Of a stretch of DNA of 64,000 nt, positions 1 through 12,660 are shown in pieces (the stretch's first letter is position 1; every line of letters starts with the position of its first letter). Position numbers and translations under genes: made by a program. The stretch comes from Amphiscolops sp. MND2022. Its lineage: Eukaryota. The notes below the pieces were generated by a model, which saw only the letters and a program-made list of their open reading frames with translations, was not told the origin of the DNA and made no database searches. The DNA lies in contig OZ076409.1 of assembly GCA_964187785.1 (NCBI GenBank), forward strand, positions 22,012,001 to 22,076,000. The letters run 5' to 3'.

Positions 1-280
1 CGTTTCCTATACTGCCTTACAGTCGCTATTGCTTTCAATTATCGCATCAATTCTAACCATACAGTAATTTGATTTGGATTACTCCAATTGTACTATTTTT
101 AACAGACTAATCAATGTAACTGAATTAACAAAAATACAAAAGCGTGTTTTGTTACAAAACGTTAGCATAACAGTTTAAAAGTTTCAGTTTCAGAAAATTG
201 GTAGAGTACCTGGTGCCGTTTCCTGATCTGCGGATGTCGTTGTAATCCTTGTGCCGTCACAGGCGGCAGCTTGCGACAAA

Positions 281-832
281 TACCCTTGTTGAACATGCTT
301 GAACTTTTTACATGTACTTTAATGTTGCCATCAACTTTTATTATGATTTCCTAAATATCTTACGGAAGCTTTAATGCGTTGATATTTCCCTGTTGTCGCC
401 TACATTTATCAAGCTGCTTTAACGAATCATCAAAGTTTTGGAGGCAATTTTAAGCCTTGAAGTTTTGCAGGTTTCAATATGCATCAGTTCTAATTTTAAA
501 TGCAACTGAGACGTCAACAATTTTGCCGCCATTTTAATGCAAATTAACTTCATTCACAATGTAAACAGCAAACTAGCGTCCTCTTCAGCGTCCTATTTGA
601 GAAGCGGTGATTAAATCAGATGAGTATTTGAGAAATCAATGTGTGAAGACAACGTGATCGTGCCGTGCCGTAAAAGATGTGTGAAATATTTTCAAATCTA
701 ATTGCAGTAGTGGCAAATGCAGTGTAATTCTACACGATTTACCACCGGAACCTTACTGAATTTTCTAGGTTTTATAAAAAAAATTACCCTGCATGCAGCA
801 TGTACGAAGTTCCAGCAGTCTCAATTAGGGTA
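281..832. mobile_element. MITE with TA-CCC...GGG-TA ends (same family as 28685-28896)
   Basis: Left end tacccttgttgaa and right end ctcaattagggta. The 3' part (ccctgcatgcagcatg...tagggtag) matches 28843-28897. Confidence 0.5.
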
Positions 833-875
833 GCCAAAAACCCGACATTTCGTACACGGACAATTTTTACAAAAC

Positions 876-1592
876 TGTAACGTCCACCTAGCAGCGTACA
901 TCATAGAAGTGGGATAATGCCTAGGGTGCTTAAACAGGAGACTGTTGTCGTACTACAGCCCTAGACATTAGTTCTTAATCCCGAAATGGTCTCCTAAAAA
1001 AGGAGAGACCTTCAAACCTCAGTTAGAGCTCCGTGGTGACGTGCAGGCGCACTCAAAGTCCGGACACGTCCCACAAGCCTGTAAAAACGTATCCTAAGGT
1101 TGCTAACGTTCCTGCGACTCTACATACCTCCGAGGTCCGAAAGCAGGAGTTTAGCTAAAGTACATTTTAATTAGGTGAATAACGTCTAAAATAACGAAAA
1201 TAGGGGTCAAACATCACCAAATATCTGCAAAAACCACAAATAGGGTACAACAGACCGAGGAAACATAAGGCGTCAGTGTCAGCTAGTCTTCGACCTGGTA
1301 GGTGGCACATGCAAAATATGCAAATTTCTGAGTTTCTTTGTCTCTTGGGCCATTCTTCGGGTTCCGCTGGTACCTTGGGACGTCGTCCGAGGGAGATGGC
1401 ACCACACGGTCATTTCGGGCATAGTTCTATTGCGGGGTGTTCTCTCTCTGGCTGGGTGAGGGTGTCTTTTTTGCGTTTTTTCACTTCTTCTACGGTTTCC
1501 GTACCTGCCGGGTCGGCCATCTCGCACATTTTGATACCGCACATTTCGAATTTTTGATCGAAATTTTGTAAAATCGACTGCCTGACGTTACA
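876..1592 (-). repeat. 3' LTR (717 bp) of element 876-5866
   Basis: Direct repeat of 5137-5866 with TG...CA ends, abutting the PPT. Confidence 0.9.
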
Positions 1593-4500
1593 TCCTCCCC
1601 GGGCCGTAGTTTGTTGTCCTCGACAAACGAGAGTGGACGTTCATGTCTTGGTTGTCATCATCCAGGGGTACTGTTTCAGCAAAATGCCATTTCAGGAACC
1701 CGAACAAAAGTTGCTGCACAAAAGCATATTACTGCACAAAACCATGAGTTTTGCCAGCCTAGCAGGCTTCCTTGGATTCCACACCGACAATGGGTCTTGC
1801 ACTGGAAACGTATTAGCAATTTTAGACACCTAGCATTGTATTCAAAACGTTTTCAAACTTTCAATATCGCACCGTAATTACTAGCAGTTCGTGTTACCGA
1901 ATCAGAACAAATATAAAAAGCACTCATCACAACAGGTTTGGCATTGGCTGGGGGCGCACCTGATAGGTTAGGTTTTACAAAGTGCACAATAGCACTTGAA
2001 AAGCGAAAAAAAGGTAACAGCAGTGGTCTTGCAAAAGTGTTGTAGTTCATGGCCAACAGAAACTGCGCAATGAATAGCACCAATGGGAAAACAGAGATCA
2101 AAAATACAAAATATCAACAAAAGTGAGGACCCATCCAGTCTATTGTATAAAGGTATCGTCTAGGTAGTAAAAGCACTAGTGCATATGTAAGAGATAGAAA
2201 TAAACTGCTGCTCAAGAGGAAGATTATGTCGATAGTGATGATAGAGCAAATCCAATAAAAATAAAAAATTAGGCATGATAAATCATGAAAACAGTCCTTG
2301 GCATTAAAAACAAGTTCCAAGACAATCATTGGAGTTTTAAAAGCACAGCTGCTGGCCAAGCAGTTCTCAGGGCTTCGAAGCTCCAGGTGTTCTATCATGC
2401 TTGGTGTTGATTTCTCTCGGGAGAGTACAAGTACTCCCCGGGCCAATCTCTTGTCTGGTGTTTTCACATCAACATGGTTCCCACAACTGTGGTACCGAGA
2501 ACTGAGGTACATCTTAGGCATGAATTGAGAAACGAAAACTGGTTTTTTGAGAACCCTGCTTGGCTACAGATGCTAGATTGTCTGAAAAGTCCGTTTGTCA
2601 CTCATACTGCCCTGTTTCTGGGAAACATAAGTGAGGACGTAATTGTGATCAGGGACTGGGAATAGGCCTTGGGGGTAAGTAGGAGGAAGGACATTGAGTT
2701 TGAAGTGATTTCTTGGCTGACAATTGTAGTACGATCAGAAAAAGCGTTCTTTTTCAACTATGGTAGTCACTATTTTACTTATTGTTCTGTTTCGAGACGC
2801 ACTGCGTTCAAAATTTGAACCTCTAAAAGTGCCTATAAACAAACTCCAGCACCCGAAGTCATCAAAGGGTACACAAGTCACCAAGCATGCGTGTTCAAAA
2901 CGAATAATTTGCACTTAGGTGACTTTGATAGCAGTCAGGAGGTGAATTTCGATTTTTGGTTTTCCACCTCTATGTCTCCTGGACTTTTTTCTGAGACCCG
3001 AGTTCGTGTAGCACTAATCAAAGTACTTCAACAGGACGTGTGGAGGATGCCTGGTATACAATTGAGGTCCTTTGAGCCCTCACTGGCACGTATACTGACT
3101 AAAAGTGTGTGATTTATCTCAAAAATTAAAAAAATCAACACCTTTTTCGTCAACATGCAACTCCGGGGAAGGTGAAAATCATTTCCAGCGTTGTTAGCAG
3201 CGTGAAAAGCTCACACTGTATACTACAGTAGCCAATGCGTGGGGAATCAACCTCCAATTGCGCTAAAATTGACTCTGTAGGTGTTACTGCCACTTAACAA
3301 TGTTCAATGAAAAACTTACTAGGTTGTAAAATTCGCAAAAAGGAGTCAAATTCGCCTTCTAGGCTTCCTAGCTACCTGAAAAGTGTTGTGCGAGCGTAAC
3401 ATATGTCCACGTAACAGAAAAACACGCCGACGGGTGTGCCTGGATCGATATCTGACGATCCGAAGTGACAAAACTATGATGTACGCTAGGTACCACTTTT
3501 TCGGGTCAAAAATCACAAAAACGTCAATTTCTCCAAGTTGGACAATAGCAGGCTGCTCAAAGTGCACAATCCGTCGGAATGTGGTACCGTATGCATGGAA
3601 ATGACAGAAGTTTAGTGCTGGGATACCTGCAAGGTATTGCACTATGCGCAACTAAAATTCGATTCTTTCAACAATTTCGTTCAATTTTTGGGCAGAACTG
3701 CGGCTAAGATATTTCAATCATTAGTAGTGGAAGCGCTATGACGTTTACACCACTAACGTAACGTTTTGCGATCTACACGATGGTGCCATCCGTTTTGGGC
3801 TGCTCTCACTAGGAGAGATTTCGATCTGTCTTAGGAACACTACTCCAGTGTTCCGGAAATGTCACTGAAATAACACGTTTTTGGCTATTTCTTAGCAACT
3901 ACTGGTTTGATTCACTCGCCGTTTTCTGAGTTTGCAACGTTATACTTTATACTAACAGAAAATAGGCAAGCGAAACCTGGCAGGTTCGAAACAAAGTCTC
4001 TCAAAATGTTTTCAAGTTAAACCTTTTACACTCTGGAAACAACTTGAAAAATACGAATTTTCCCTGGGAACTTTTTTGTTCTGGATAGTTCTTCTAAACC
4101 TAACGTAACAAGGTGTAACACAACTTTATGCAGGGGACTGGGTTCGTTCAATTATTAGTTTTGATGTTATAACTCTCAGGTCTATGGCGTCCTCTACTCA
4201 GATCTATGTATATAAAAGAAAATCAAGGGTTAAAGTTTCAATTTATATTGGGGAAGGCTAGAAAACGTCCTGGCAGTAGTTTTTTGTATTACCAGGCTCG
4301 ACAAAAAGGTTTTTGGGCTGCTTTAGAACCTTGGAAACAAACAAGGCTTCAACCTCACCAAATTTGGTCTTTTAGGCCAAATTTGATATTCTTTCAAAAA
4401 AACAGCTAGTTTTTTTTGTTATTTTCTCAATTTAGCCTAACAAAAAATTCTGTTCCTGACTTACCAGGTCTGATGAAACGTTTTTTAGTATTATCAATAG

Positions 4501-5136
4501 CCGTACCTTGTGCTGAAAATTTTTGGCTTTTGAAAGTAACAAAGTCGAAAATCTAGCTTTTCAGGTGTTATGGCTAGCTCGCTATAACTTCTCAGAAAAC
4601 GATCGGAACACCCTATGGGAATTTTTCTCTTCATACTGATGAGGGTACGGCTAGGTATATGCTTGTCAAAACAAAAGGATTGATGTAACCCAGCCGATTT
4701 GCTGCAATCGATTGGCTGAGGGTAGTCGTGTTGTACAGTTCGTCTCCACTTCGTCACTGCTGTTGGGGTAAGGACTGTCACTCTCCTTGTTCCCCGTCTC
4801 AATGCAATGCAAATAGGCTAAAATTGAGCTACAAAACCCTTCAAAACAAAATCCGGTTAAGCCGGATGGTTAATTTCAACAAACAGAAACGGTATCTAAA
4901 CGGTACTTTGCTATAAATCGGTTATTTCCCATTTTAGACCCCGGAAATACACAGGAAACGCCATTATTCTGTTAGAAGAAAGCCTACCAGGCTTGACAAA
5001 GGCAAAAAAATCCTTGGATTCTCCAATAAGTCTTCCTAGATCTGGACCCTCCGGGGCCGGAAAGCAGGAAAACCTCCTAGACCACGCAAAAATGAAAAAA
5101 GGGTCCCTTGTGGGGCGCCTTAAAAACTATTCTAGA

Positions 5137-5866
5137 TTTAACGTCCACCTAGCAGCGTACATCAAAGAAGTGGGATATTGCCTAGGGTGCTTAAACAGAA
5201 GACCGTTGTCTTACTACAGCCCTAGACGTTAGTTATTAATCCCGAAATGGTCTCCTAAAAGGGACTTTTTCAAACGTCAAAGGAGGCTCTTCAGTTATAG
5301 CTCTGTGGCGACCTGCCGGCGCACTTAAAGTCCGGACACGTCCCACAAGCCTGTAAAAACGTATCCTAAAATTCCTAACGTTCCTGCGACTCTACATACC
5401 TTCGAGGTCCGAAAACAGGAGTTTAGCTAAATTACATTTTAATTAGATGAATAACGTCTAAAATAACGAAAATAGGGGTCAAACATCACCAAATATCTGC
5501 AAAAACCACAAATACGGTACAACAGACCGAGGAAACATAAGGCGTCAGTGTCAGCTAGTCTTTGACCAGCTAGGTGGCACCTGCAAAATATGCAAACTTC
5601 TGAGTTTCTTTATCTCTTGGGCCATTCTTCGGGTTCCGCTGGTAGCTGGGACGTCTTCCGAGGGAGATGGCACCACAGGTCGATTTCGGGGATAATTCTA
5701 CTGCAGGGTGTTCTTTCTCGGACTGGGTGGGGGTGTTTTTTGCGTTTTTCCACTTCTTCTACGGTTTCCGTACCTGCCGGGTCGGCCATCTTGAATGTGC
5801 TCATTTGATACCGCACACTTCGAGTTTTTGATCGAAATTTTGTAACATCGACTGCCTGACGTTACA
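5137..5866 (-). repeat. 5' LTR (730 bp) of element 876-5866
   Basis: Colinear with 876-1592, with scattered substitutions and small indels. Confidence 0.9.
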
Positions 5867-7463
5867 AAACTGAAACCGGAAAATTCGTATAAATGACAAT
5901 TTGTACGAAATTAAATTGAACAGATTTGTAAAATAGGTCTCAAACAACAGAATTACTAGCTTTCAGTGCTGTTACCGCCAATATGTACGGAACTTGATTC
6001 AATTAAAGAGGTTAGCATATATGTTGTATGGCTCGGTCGCTTCGCTCCCTTCGCCAAGTAGCAACATTGAGACATGGCCAAATGGCACGACGCATCGTTT
6101 CGCTTCGCTCCTGCATTTAGGGCACTAGGGGTATGTGAACATAGCTGACTACGTTATAATAATAAGTTGTATAATATAAATTGCACGAAATGTCGGGTTT
6201 CATTTTTGTACGGAATGTCTGGTTTCTTTTTTGTATGAAATGTCTGGTTTCGCTTTTGTACGAAATGTCTGGTTTTGGTTTTTGTACGAGATGTCGTGTG
6301 TACGAAATGTCGTGTGTACGAATTGTCGTGCCCACGCAATTCCTATAGCTACAGTAGAATTGAACCAATGTTCGTTACTGACATTATCGTGTATGCGAAT
6401 AAATGTCCCTACCAGGTGACTCCGGAACACAGTAGCCAAGAACTTCACTCGTCTTGAAACCAGCACAACAGTCGGTGGTAACGTTTCTGAAAAAAAGACA
6501 CAAAATTGATTCTTTGAAAATTTTTTAGGAACTTGAAAGTTTTTCTTAACAGACAGCAAAAGTGTTCCCAAAAGACAGCAAATATAAAGACAAACACCCA
6601 TCGGTAAACAAAAAGTTCTTTTCATAGGGTTTTGATGAGCCAAAATAACTGTTCGAGCGTTTGAAATTTCCCAGGCCACTTCGAATATCGGATTCATTGA
6701 TTGAGTATACAGGACATGCTTCAGTGTTCACAAAAATTACTACTCGAAAACTCAGATTTTCCTGCAAGATACTTAAACAATCTTCCAAAATGTTGACACT
6801 TTCTAAAAATCCTAAATCTTGCGAGGCAAACTATTCCAAACAAAGTTTATATTTTCGAGTTTTAGTGACGCTTCTTGGTAGATAAGACCAGGCCTCTTAT
6901 AGTGAGTATTTTTTAAGTTTTCATTGTTCAGATGTCACTGAAAAGTCCTGATGAATGTTATAAAGTTACTGGAACATCTTTGATTGAATGGTCTACAACG
7001 CATCCCAAATGTTTGCTTTTACACTATCATAAACGTTTAGGCAATTTACGAGTTTTTTTTACTTTCTTGGTTTCAGATAGGAATAAGTCTTTTCGAGCCT
7101 AAAGGGTCCCGTTTGTGGATATTTCGGTGGCTTGCAACTTTTTTCCAATTTTGTTTTCACAATTTTGAGTTATTTGCGTTATTTTGTTGTTTTTAAGATA
7201 ACAAAACGCGTTTTCGAATCTAAAGAGCCTTTTTTGGACAATTTCTGCACTGTGAGATTTTCCTGAGCTTTATTGTAAACCACCACTGATTATATTTGCC
7301 AGACAGCGCTTTTTGATTCTTCAATGGTGCACTAATTTAGATATTCGAAAGGGATCCCATTTTGCTTTGAAACAATTTGACAAGGATGTTTTATTTGTAA
7401 GTCTTACCTATCAAGAAAGGCAGCATTGGTAAGAGTTTTACATGATTTTGAAAGAAACATATT

Positions 7464-7779
7464 GGGTAGAATATAGAATCTCCAGAATCGAATTATTTAG
7501 AATCGAAAATTGCAACTGAAATTTCCTAGTCGAATTATTTAGGATGGAATTTTACAGAGCACTATTGCAATGGTATAATATGAATGAAATTTTAATTTCT
7601 TTCGATCCTAGATTATTTAAAGTCACAATTCAATCCTAGATAATTTTGCACATTTTTCGATCATACATAAATCGACTCTGCACAGCAATTCCGAGTAGGA
7701 GTAGGTTTGGAGATATGGTGCAGATTACTTAAAAGGAATCGATGATTTATTATTTCGATCGATAAATATATACATACCC
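7464..7779. mobile_element. Short degenerate MITE-like inverted repeat (GGGTA...TACCC)
   Basis: Left units gaatcgaattatttag(g)at are mirrored by right units atcctagat(a)att/ttcgatc. Confidence 0.35.
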
Positions 7780-9471
7780 GTTTTACACAAACTTACAACT
7801 GTACCTTATCAACTGAATAACTAACCCGAAACAAGAGCATTGACAGCCCCATGGCGCTAATACGATCAAAATTGAAAAGGTATAAAGCAGCAGTCGGTGG
7901 GAGTAAAAAACTTCAGGACGAACCATTTTCAACGAATGTAATTACGAAGATTAGAAAAATGGAAACGACTTAGTAAAGTGTAAAGCAAGAATGCGTCATC
8001 CTCGGGGGATAAATGACGGTCTGGTAAGTTTAAATAAATCCTTTTGTCTATTAATAACAAGTGTTCAAAGAGGATATTCTGACCTCCTAATTAGGAATTG
8101 TTTTAAAGTTTCATTGAACACGAGCTCATATGAAAACTGAGCGTGATGATGATGGTGACATTATTTATCGAAGAACAGAAACATAGAGAAAGAATAGAAT
8201 GGAGAGAGTCAAATTTTGATTTGAAAGTAGAGAAAGGATTTAATGTTGGTTCAAAATGCTTGTTCAGTACAACGAAGATAAGAGGCTAGGGCAAATATCG
8301 GATCTGTCCAAATTCAAACAAGTTTGTCGTTTCTTTGCTTCGAGAAACTTGATTTACGCTCAATTCTCAATCTAACAATTGGGGCTATTGCTCTGAGCGT
8401 TACGAATATGTGCTGTATTTGAAGTCAATTCATGTAATCAAGATTCCACTTCCTTCTTATTTTGTCAAAGTGTTTGCATCGGCCATACATGTATCGAGAT
8501 TGAAGCATCGGATGTTTGATATATAGTCTACTTTCCAAGAAAAGTATAATATAATAAATAGACCAATGGACAATTGAACTAAAGTATTAAAATTGTAAAA
8601 TTGTTTCAAAATTAGGTTTCAAACGAATTTCCCCAGGAAGTGTTTGAAAAGTAGGGTCTGGAAGATGCTTGAGTTATTAATAATAGGTAACTAAAAATGA
8701 CCGCTGAGGAAAAAGAATTACAAACTCTCATTATAGCGAACGAAAAGTAACTTAACCATAGCTACTTATCCGCACCAAAAAGTGGAAATGATCAGATCTA
8801 ATAATGATCTAAGAAAGGTCTAGAGAATTCTGTTCACGAATTAAAGGTCCGAAAAAACAGGTTTGAAATATTTCGAGTCGAATAATTCAGTGAGCTTAGA
8901 AAGTCTCTGAATCATCTTTAACTCTATGAAACTAATACGGAAACGTAAACTTTAATACAAAATGAGCAATGGCAATTTATGAACCATCGGGTCCCAAAAT
9001 CACCCAACAACGATATAGTCATTAGGCTCGAGCGTAGCCAATAAACGATGGCAAAAAAGTTCGAAATTTCGACACTTTGTGATTCATCTTATCCCATATA
9101 AAACACTGAAGTCTCTTTCTAAAAGAAAGTATGAAAAGGAGGTAATTGTTCTGTTGTTGATCTCTGTGAATACTCACTCATACCAACTCAATCATTCAGA
9201 AATTATAGAGCACTCCCTCGTCGAACTTGGCAGAAAATTTTCCATATTGCATCCATGCATTCTTTCTAAATTTTTGATAAACATAGAGAATACTGAAAGC
9301 ACGCATGGAAACAATTAGTAGGATTACAATGCAATTTCCACTAATTCAATTAAAACTGAAAACATTTCCATTTCTTCAATGCCACGATCACTGTTTTCAA
9401 GCGTAAGTTTCTCAGGTAAGTCAGTTAGTCAAATAGCACGCTGAATATGACGCTACTTTGAAACTTATAGT

Positions 9472-11355
9472 TAGGGCGACCAAATACTGACCTAAAATTC
9501 CACAAAATTGACTGAAGGATTTCTAAAAAATGACTTTATATTGGCTTTATGAAAAACATTTGTCTATAGGCCAAAAATCAACTTCTGACTACAATGATTA
9601 AACAAAAAATGAATTATTTCGAGAGATTTTCCGGCGAAAAGCTTCTCCAAGAAGGAAAAATTTCTCTCCACTGCGGTGCTACTTGGAGGCCAACCTTGTA
9701 ATTTCGTGGGGGGGGTCACATTCATTTTTCGAACAATTGATAATATCTACGGCATCATTTGCAATCAATCTTCGATTAATGTTTTCTCCAATACTGCATT
9801 TGTCGTCCTTGAAGTTAAGGGCCCGAAGATCATTGTAAGCCTCAAAAAAATGAATAATTTCTAGCTTTCATTTTTATTAGTCGGCGCTTTTCTTTTTTTC
9901 TTTTTATTTTCAAAAAAAACCAACGTAGTGTCAGATTTCATAATCTTTATAAGCTTCCACTAACTGCCACACTAATGCAACTTCTGCTTTTGATTTTTGA
10001 GGATTTGTTGAGGTCAGCGCCAAGCAAAAGGACGTGGGTTCGAATCTCGTTCTCGACCAAAAAAACTTTTGTACATGCTATTTCGGCTTTGTGAGACTTT
10101 TTTTCGCTTAAGTTTCCAAAGGGTCCCCTTTCAATTTTTTTCTACTTTGCAGAAGAATGGATGTTTCAAAACTCTCAAAGGCCCCCTTTCACATTTTTCG
10201 GCACTATGCGACTTAGCGGATACCTGAAAAAAAATCGAAAAATATCGAAAAAAAAGTTTCAATAATTTCCTCATGCGGATACAGTAGAAAGGAATACTTG
10301 ACTCTTTGAAGTCCTTTTGCTATTTTTGAGCCTTATATATGGGGCCGACTTGGGCCGCTCCTGAGTTGTTTTATATGCGGAAGCAAGGATGCATAACATT
10401 TTATGATCTCCGCAAGTTGAATATCAAGTTCTGCACACTTGACAGCTTGCTTTGCTTTCTCGACAATAACTCGGTCGTCTTTGAAACTTTCCACTATTTT
10501 CGTACCTCCGGTAATTTTGGTGTATAAAAATTTACTATCGCATCTAACCACGTACCCCATCTTGGAAGAATCGGAGTAGGTGGACAACCAATTTCATGGA
10601 ACAAATTTCGTCGATGACTGTTTCTAACCGTTACTGATTTATTGTTTTAAGGATATTTTCGCCCGTTAACATCTGCTTGATCAACAACCAGAAAGAATAA
10701 TTTGTCTTTTAACAGTCTTTTCACGCGAGCTTCTTGTTCTGAGGCTATTTCTTCCACTTTATTTCTCCAAAAACGTCCACTTGGTACAGGATGCCCCATT
10801 TCGATAAATAAAGATTGAATTGCTGGGCTATGAAGGTTCTTTGAGGGTATAATTGATGCAAGAAATGTAGGAACGAGTTTATAGGTAAAAACTGGAACTT
10901 TTCGTGCATGTAAGAATTGCTGTTGAAAAGAAAGATCGATTGTTTTGTTTTTATTTGTTCAACAATTTGTCTATGCGTGTTGACGACGAACTTTTTATCG
11001 TGTCGAATAACGGTTTCGCATTCAAGACAATATAGTTTGAAATTCGGCGTAGAAAGCAATTTCTCGGGATAATCTTTAACGAATGGTGTTTTCTTTTTCT
11101 CAGAAGCAGCTCTTGTACCCATGTTGACTAAAAAACAAACGCACGTACAGAGACTGATATAAAACACAGTACACGGCAAAGATCGGTTATTTGCTCGGCG
11201 ACGGATAGAGTGTAGTGTAATCTATTACGATAGGTATTACGCAAGTTAATTTACATGTATGTACCTCTATTGACTCAAAAACCAAAGATGGACATTTATG
11301 AAAATTTCTGGTACATTGACGTTATTTTGACCGTATTGACTTCATGGTGGCCCTA
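9472..11355 (-). mobile_element. Decayed hAT-superfamily DNA transposon (CGGBP1-like N-terminal zinc finger)
   Basis: TIRs TAGGGCGACCA / TGGTGGCCCTA and near-matching 8-bp TSD CTTATAGT/ATTATAAT. Minus-strand transposase fragments: LYCLECETVIRHDKKFVVNTH (ORF 10745-11179), PRWGTWLDA...KIVESF...AKQAV...QLAEI (10370-10580), and the dimerisation motif PPSSTAVERNFS (~9655-9695). Frameshifts and deletions are present. Confidence 0.8.
9877..10370 (+). mobile_element. Helentron/HINE-like non-autonomous repeat inserted into the hAT transposase
   Basis: Starts ttagtcggcgc and ends g(c)gccgact-tgggccgctcctgagttgtt. It sits in a T-run with no TSD and splits the transposase frame. Same ends as the copies at 42220-42810, 50279-50789 and ~30200-30573. 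Confidence 0.6.
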
Positions 11356-11929
11356 ATTATAATGTGACTAAACTTTCTTTGCACTGAAATTGCGGAAAAA
11401 GATTGAGATCATAGGTGCTTTCAAAGTTACAATGGTTTCTTGATGAGAGCTGCAGATCGTCGCGGCTCAGAATTTTCGCCAAAATTAGGATGCATCTTTT
11501 GCGCAGCTTGGTGAAATTGAATTTAATCTGTGAAGTTCTATTGCTTATAGGTCTACTTGAGAATTTTATCTATTTAAAAATCAAAAACTGAAAAGTTTTC
11601 TAATAAAGTTTGCCAAGTGTACACTTTTCCTGTCTTTGATCGCTGTGATAGTTAATACTTTCCAAAACGTTGAAAAAGATGAAATTGCCTAGCATGCTTG
11701 AAAATTGACAAAAACAATATCAAAAGTGTTTTGAACTGATTGCTTCAACATAGAACTTGGTATATATTCTGTTTCTCAAAAACTTTGCTATTTGGTAACT
11801 GTTTAATTATTCTTTTCCACCCACATACCATATGGAAATGCAATATTTAAATCAGATGAGTGTTTTTTTCACAAAATGTACTATGTTCTTTATTCATATT
11901 TAAATAGACGTGTGTCTCCTACAGAATTC

Positions 11930-12660
11930 AATTATTATAGGTTTAGCTCCGTGTGAAATCTTTTTGTAGAGATTTTGGATTTTTTAATGTCCAAATTGAC
12001 CCCAGAATGATACAAAATGACCCCAAAAAGTTTTAAAATTCTGAAATTCCCCAATTTTTCACGTTTTCAACCCAATTGTTGTTGATTTTTTTTATAGACT
12101 TCGTGGACTAGCGTGTCAAAAACGTTCAACAAGGATGAAGTTCGTTGTCCAGTAGTCTTTTATGAAGAGATAAAAGAAGTTTTCCAAAAACAAATTAACA
12201 AAAGGTACTAATTTTTCCGATTTTCCACACATTTTACATGTTTTCATTAACTTCGTAGGATAGGTTGTTGAAAACGTTCAACAAGGAAAAAATTCACTGT
12301 CCAGCATTTTCTTGGAAAAAGGCGCAATTGTTTTGAAATGACTCAAACGGACACTGATAATGACAAAGACTTAGTATGTTTTCAAGGTTTTTATGCAATA
12401 ATTGTCGAATTTTCAATAGGTTTCGTGGAGTAGGATTTTGAAAACGTTCAACTATGAGAGAAGTCCATGTCCAGTATTTTTTAAAGGAGAGATATGGATA
12501 CAGTATTCTAAAAAGACAAAAGCCCAAAAAGACCTCAAGTGACACAAATTCCACTTTTATCGGATTTTTTTTACAATTATAGTCAAATTTTTGGTCAACT
12601 TCGTGCATTAGAATGAAAAAACTGATCAAAAAGGGAAATTTTGTCGTCCAGTAGGCCTTT
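11930..12660. repeat. Degenerate tandem repeat, ~150-180-bp period
   Basis: The motif acttcgt(a/g)ga...aaaacgttcaacaagg...tgtccagta recurs at ~12099, 12250, 12420 and 12598. Confidence 0.55.

Larger units (their letters stand above)
876..5866 (-). mobile_element. Non-autonomous LTR retroelement (LARD-like), no recognisable gag/pol
   Basis: Direct repeats 876-1592 and 5137-5866 with TGTAAC...GTTACA ends. 4-bp TSD AAAC at 872-875 and 5867-5870. A minus-strand polypurine tract (GGGGAGGA) lies next to the left LTR at 1593-1600. A degenerate PBS-like AGGCGCCCCACAAGGGAC is on the minus strand near 5103-5120. I saw no RT, protease or integrase motif in 1593-5136. Confidence 0.85.
833..6340. mobile_element. 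Foldback/MITE-like element with GACATTTCGTACA sub-repeats, interrupted by the LTR element
   Basis: cccgacatttcgtacac (841-857) continues after 5870 (aattcgtataaatgacaatttgtacg). Reverse-complement tandem units tgtacgaaatgtc occur at 6185-6330. Confidence 0.5.

Noticed and set aside
205..280. Possible minus-strand exon near the window start
   Set aside because: GC-richer with a plausible donor, but too short and isolated to assign.
6117..6697. ORFs up to 165 aa
   Set aside because: They arise from tandem sub-repeats of the foldback element and have no protein-like features.
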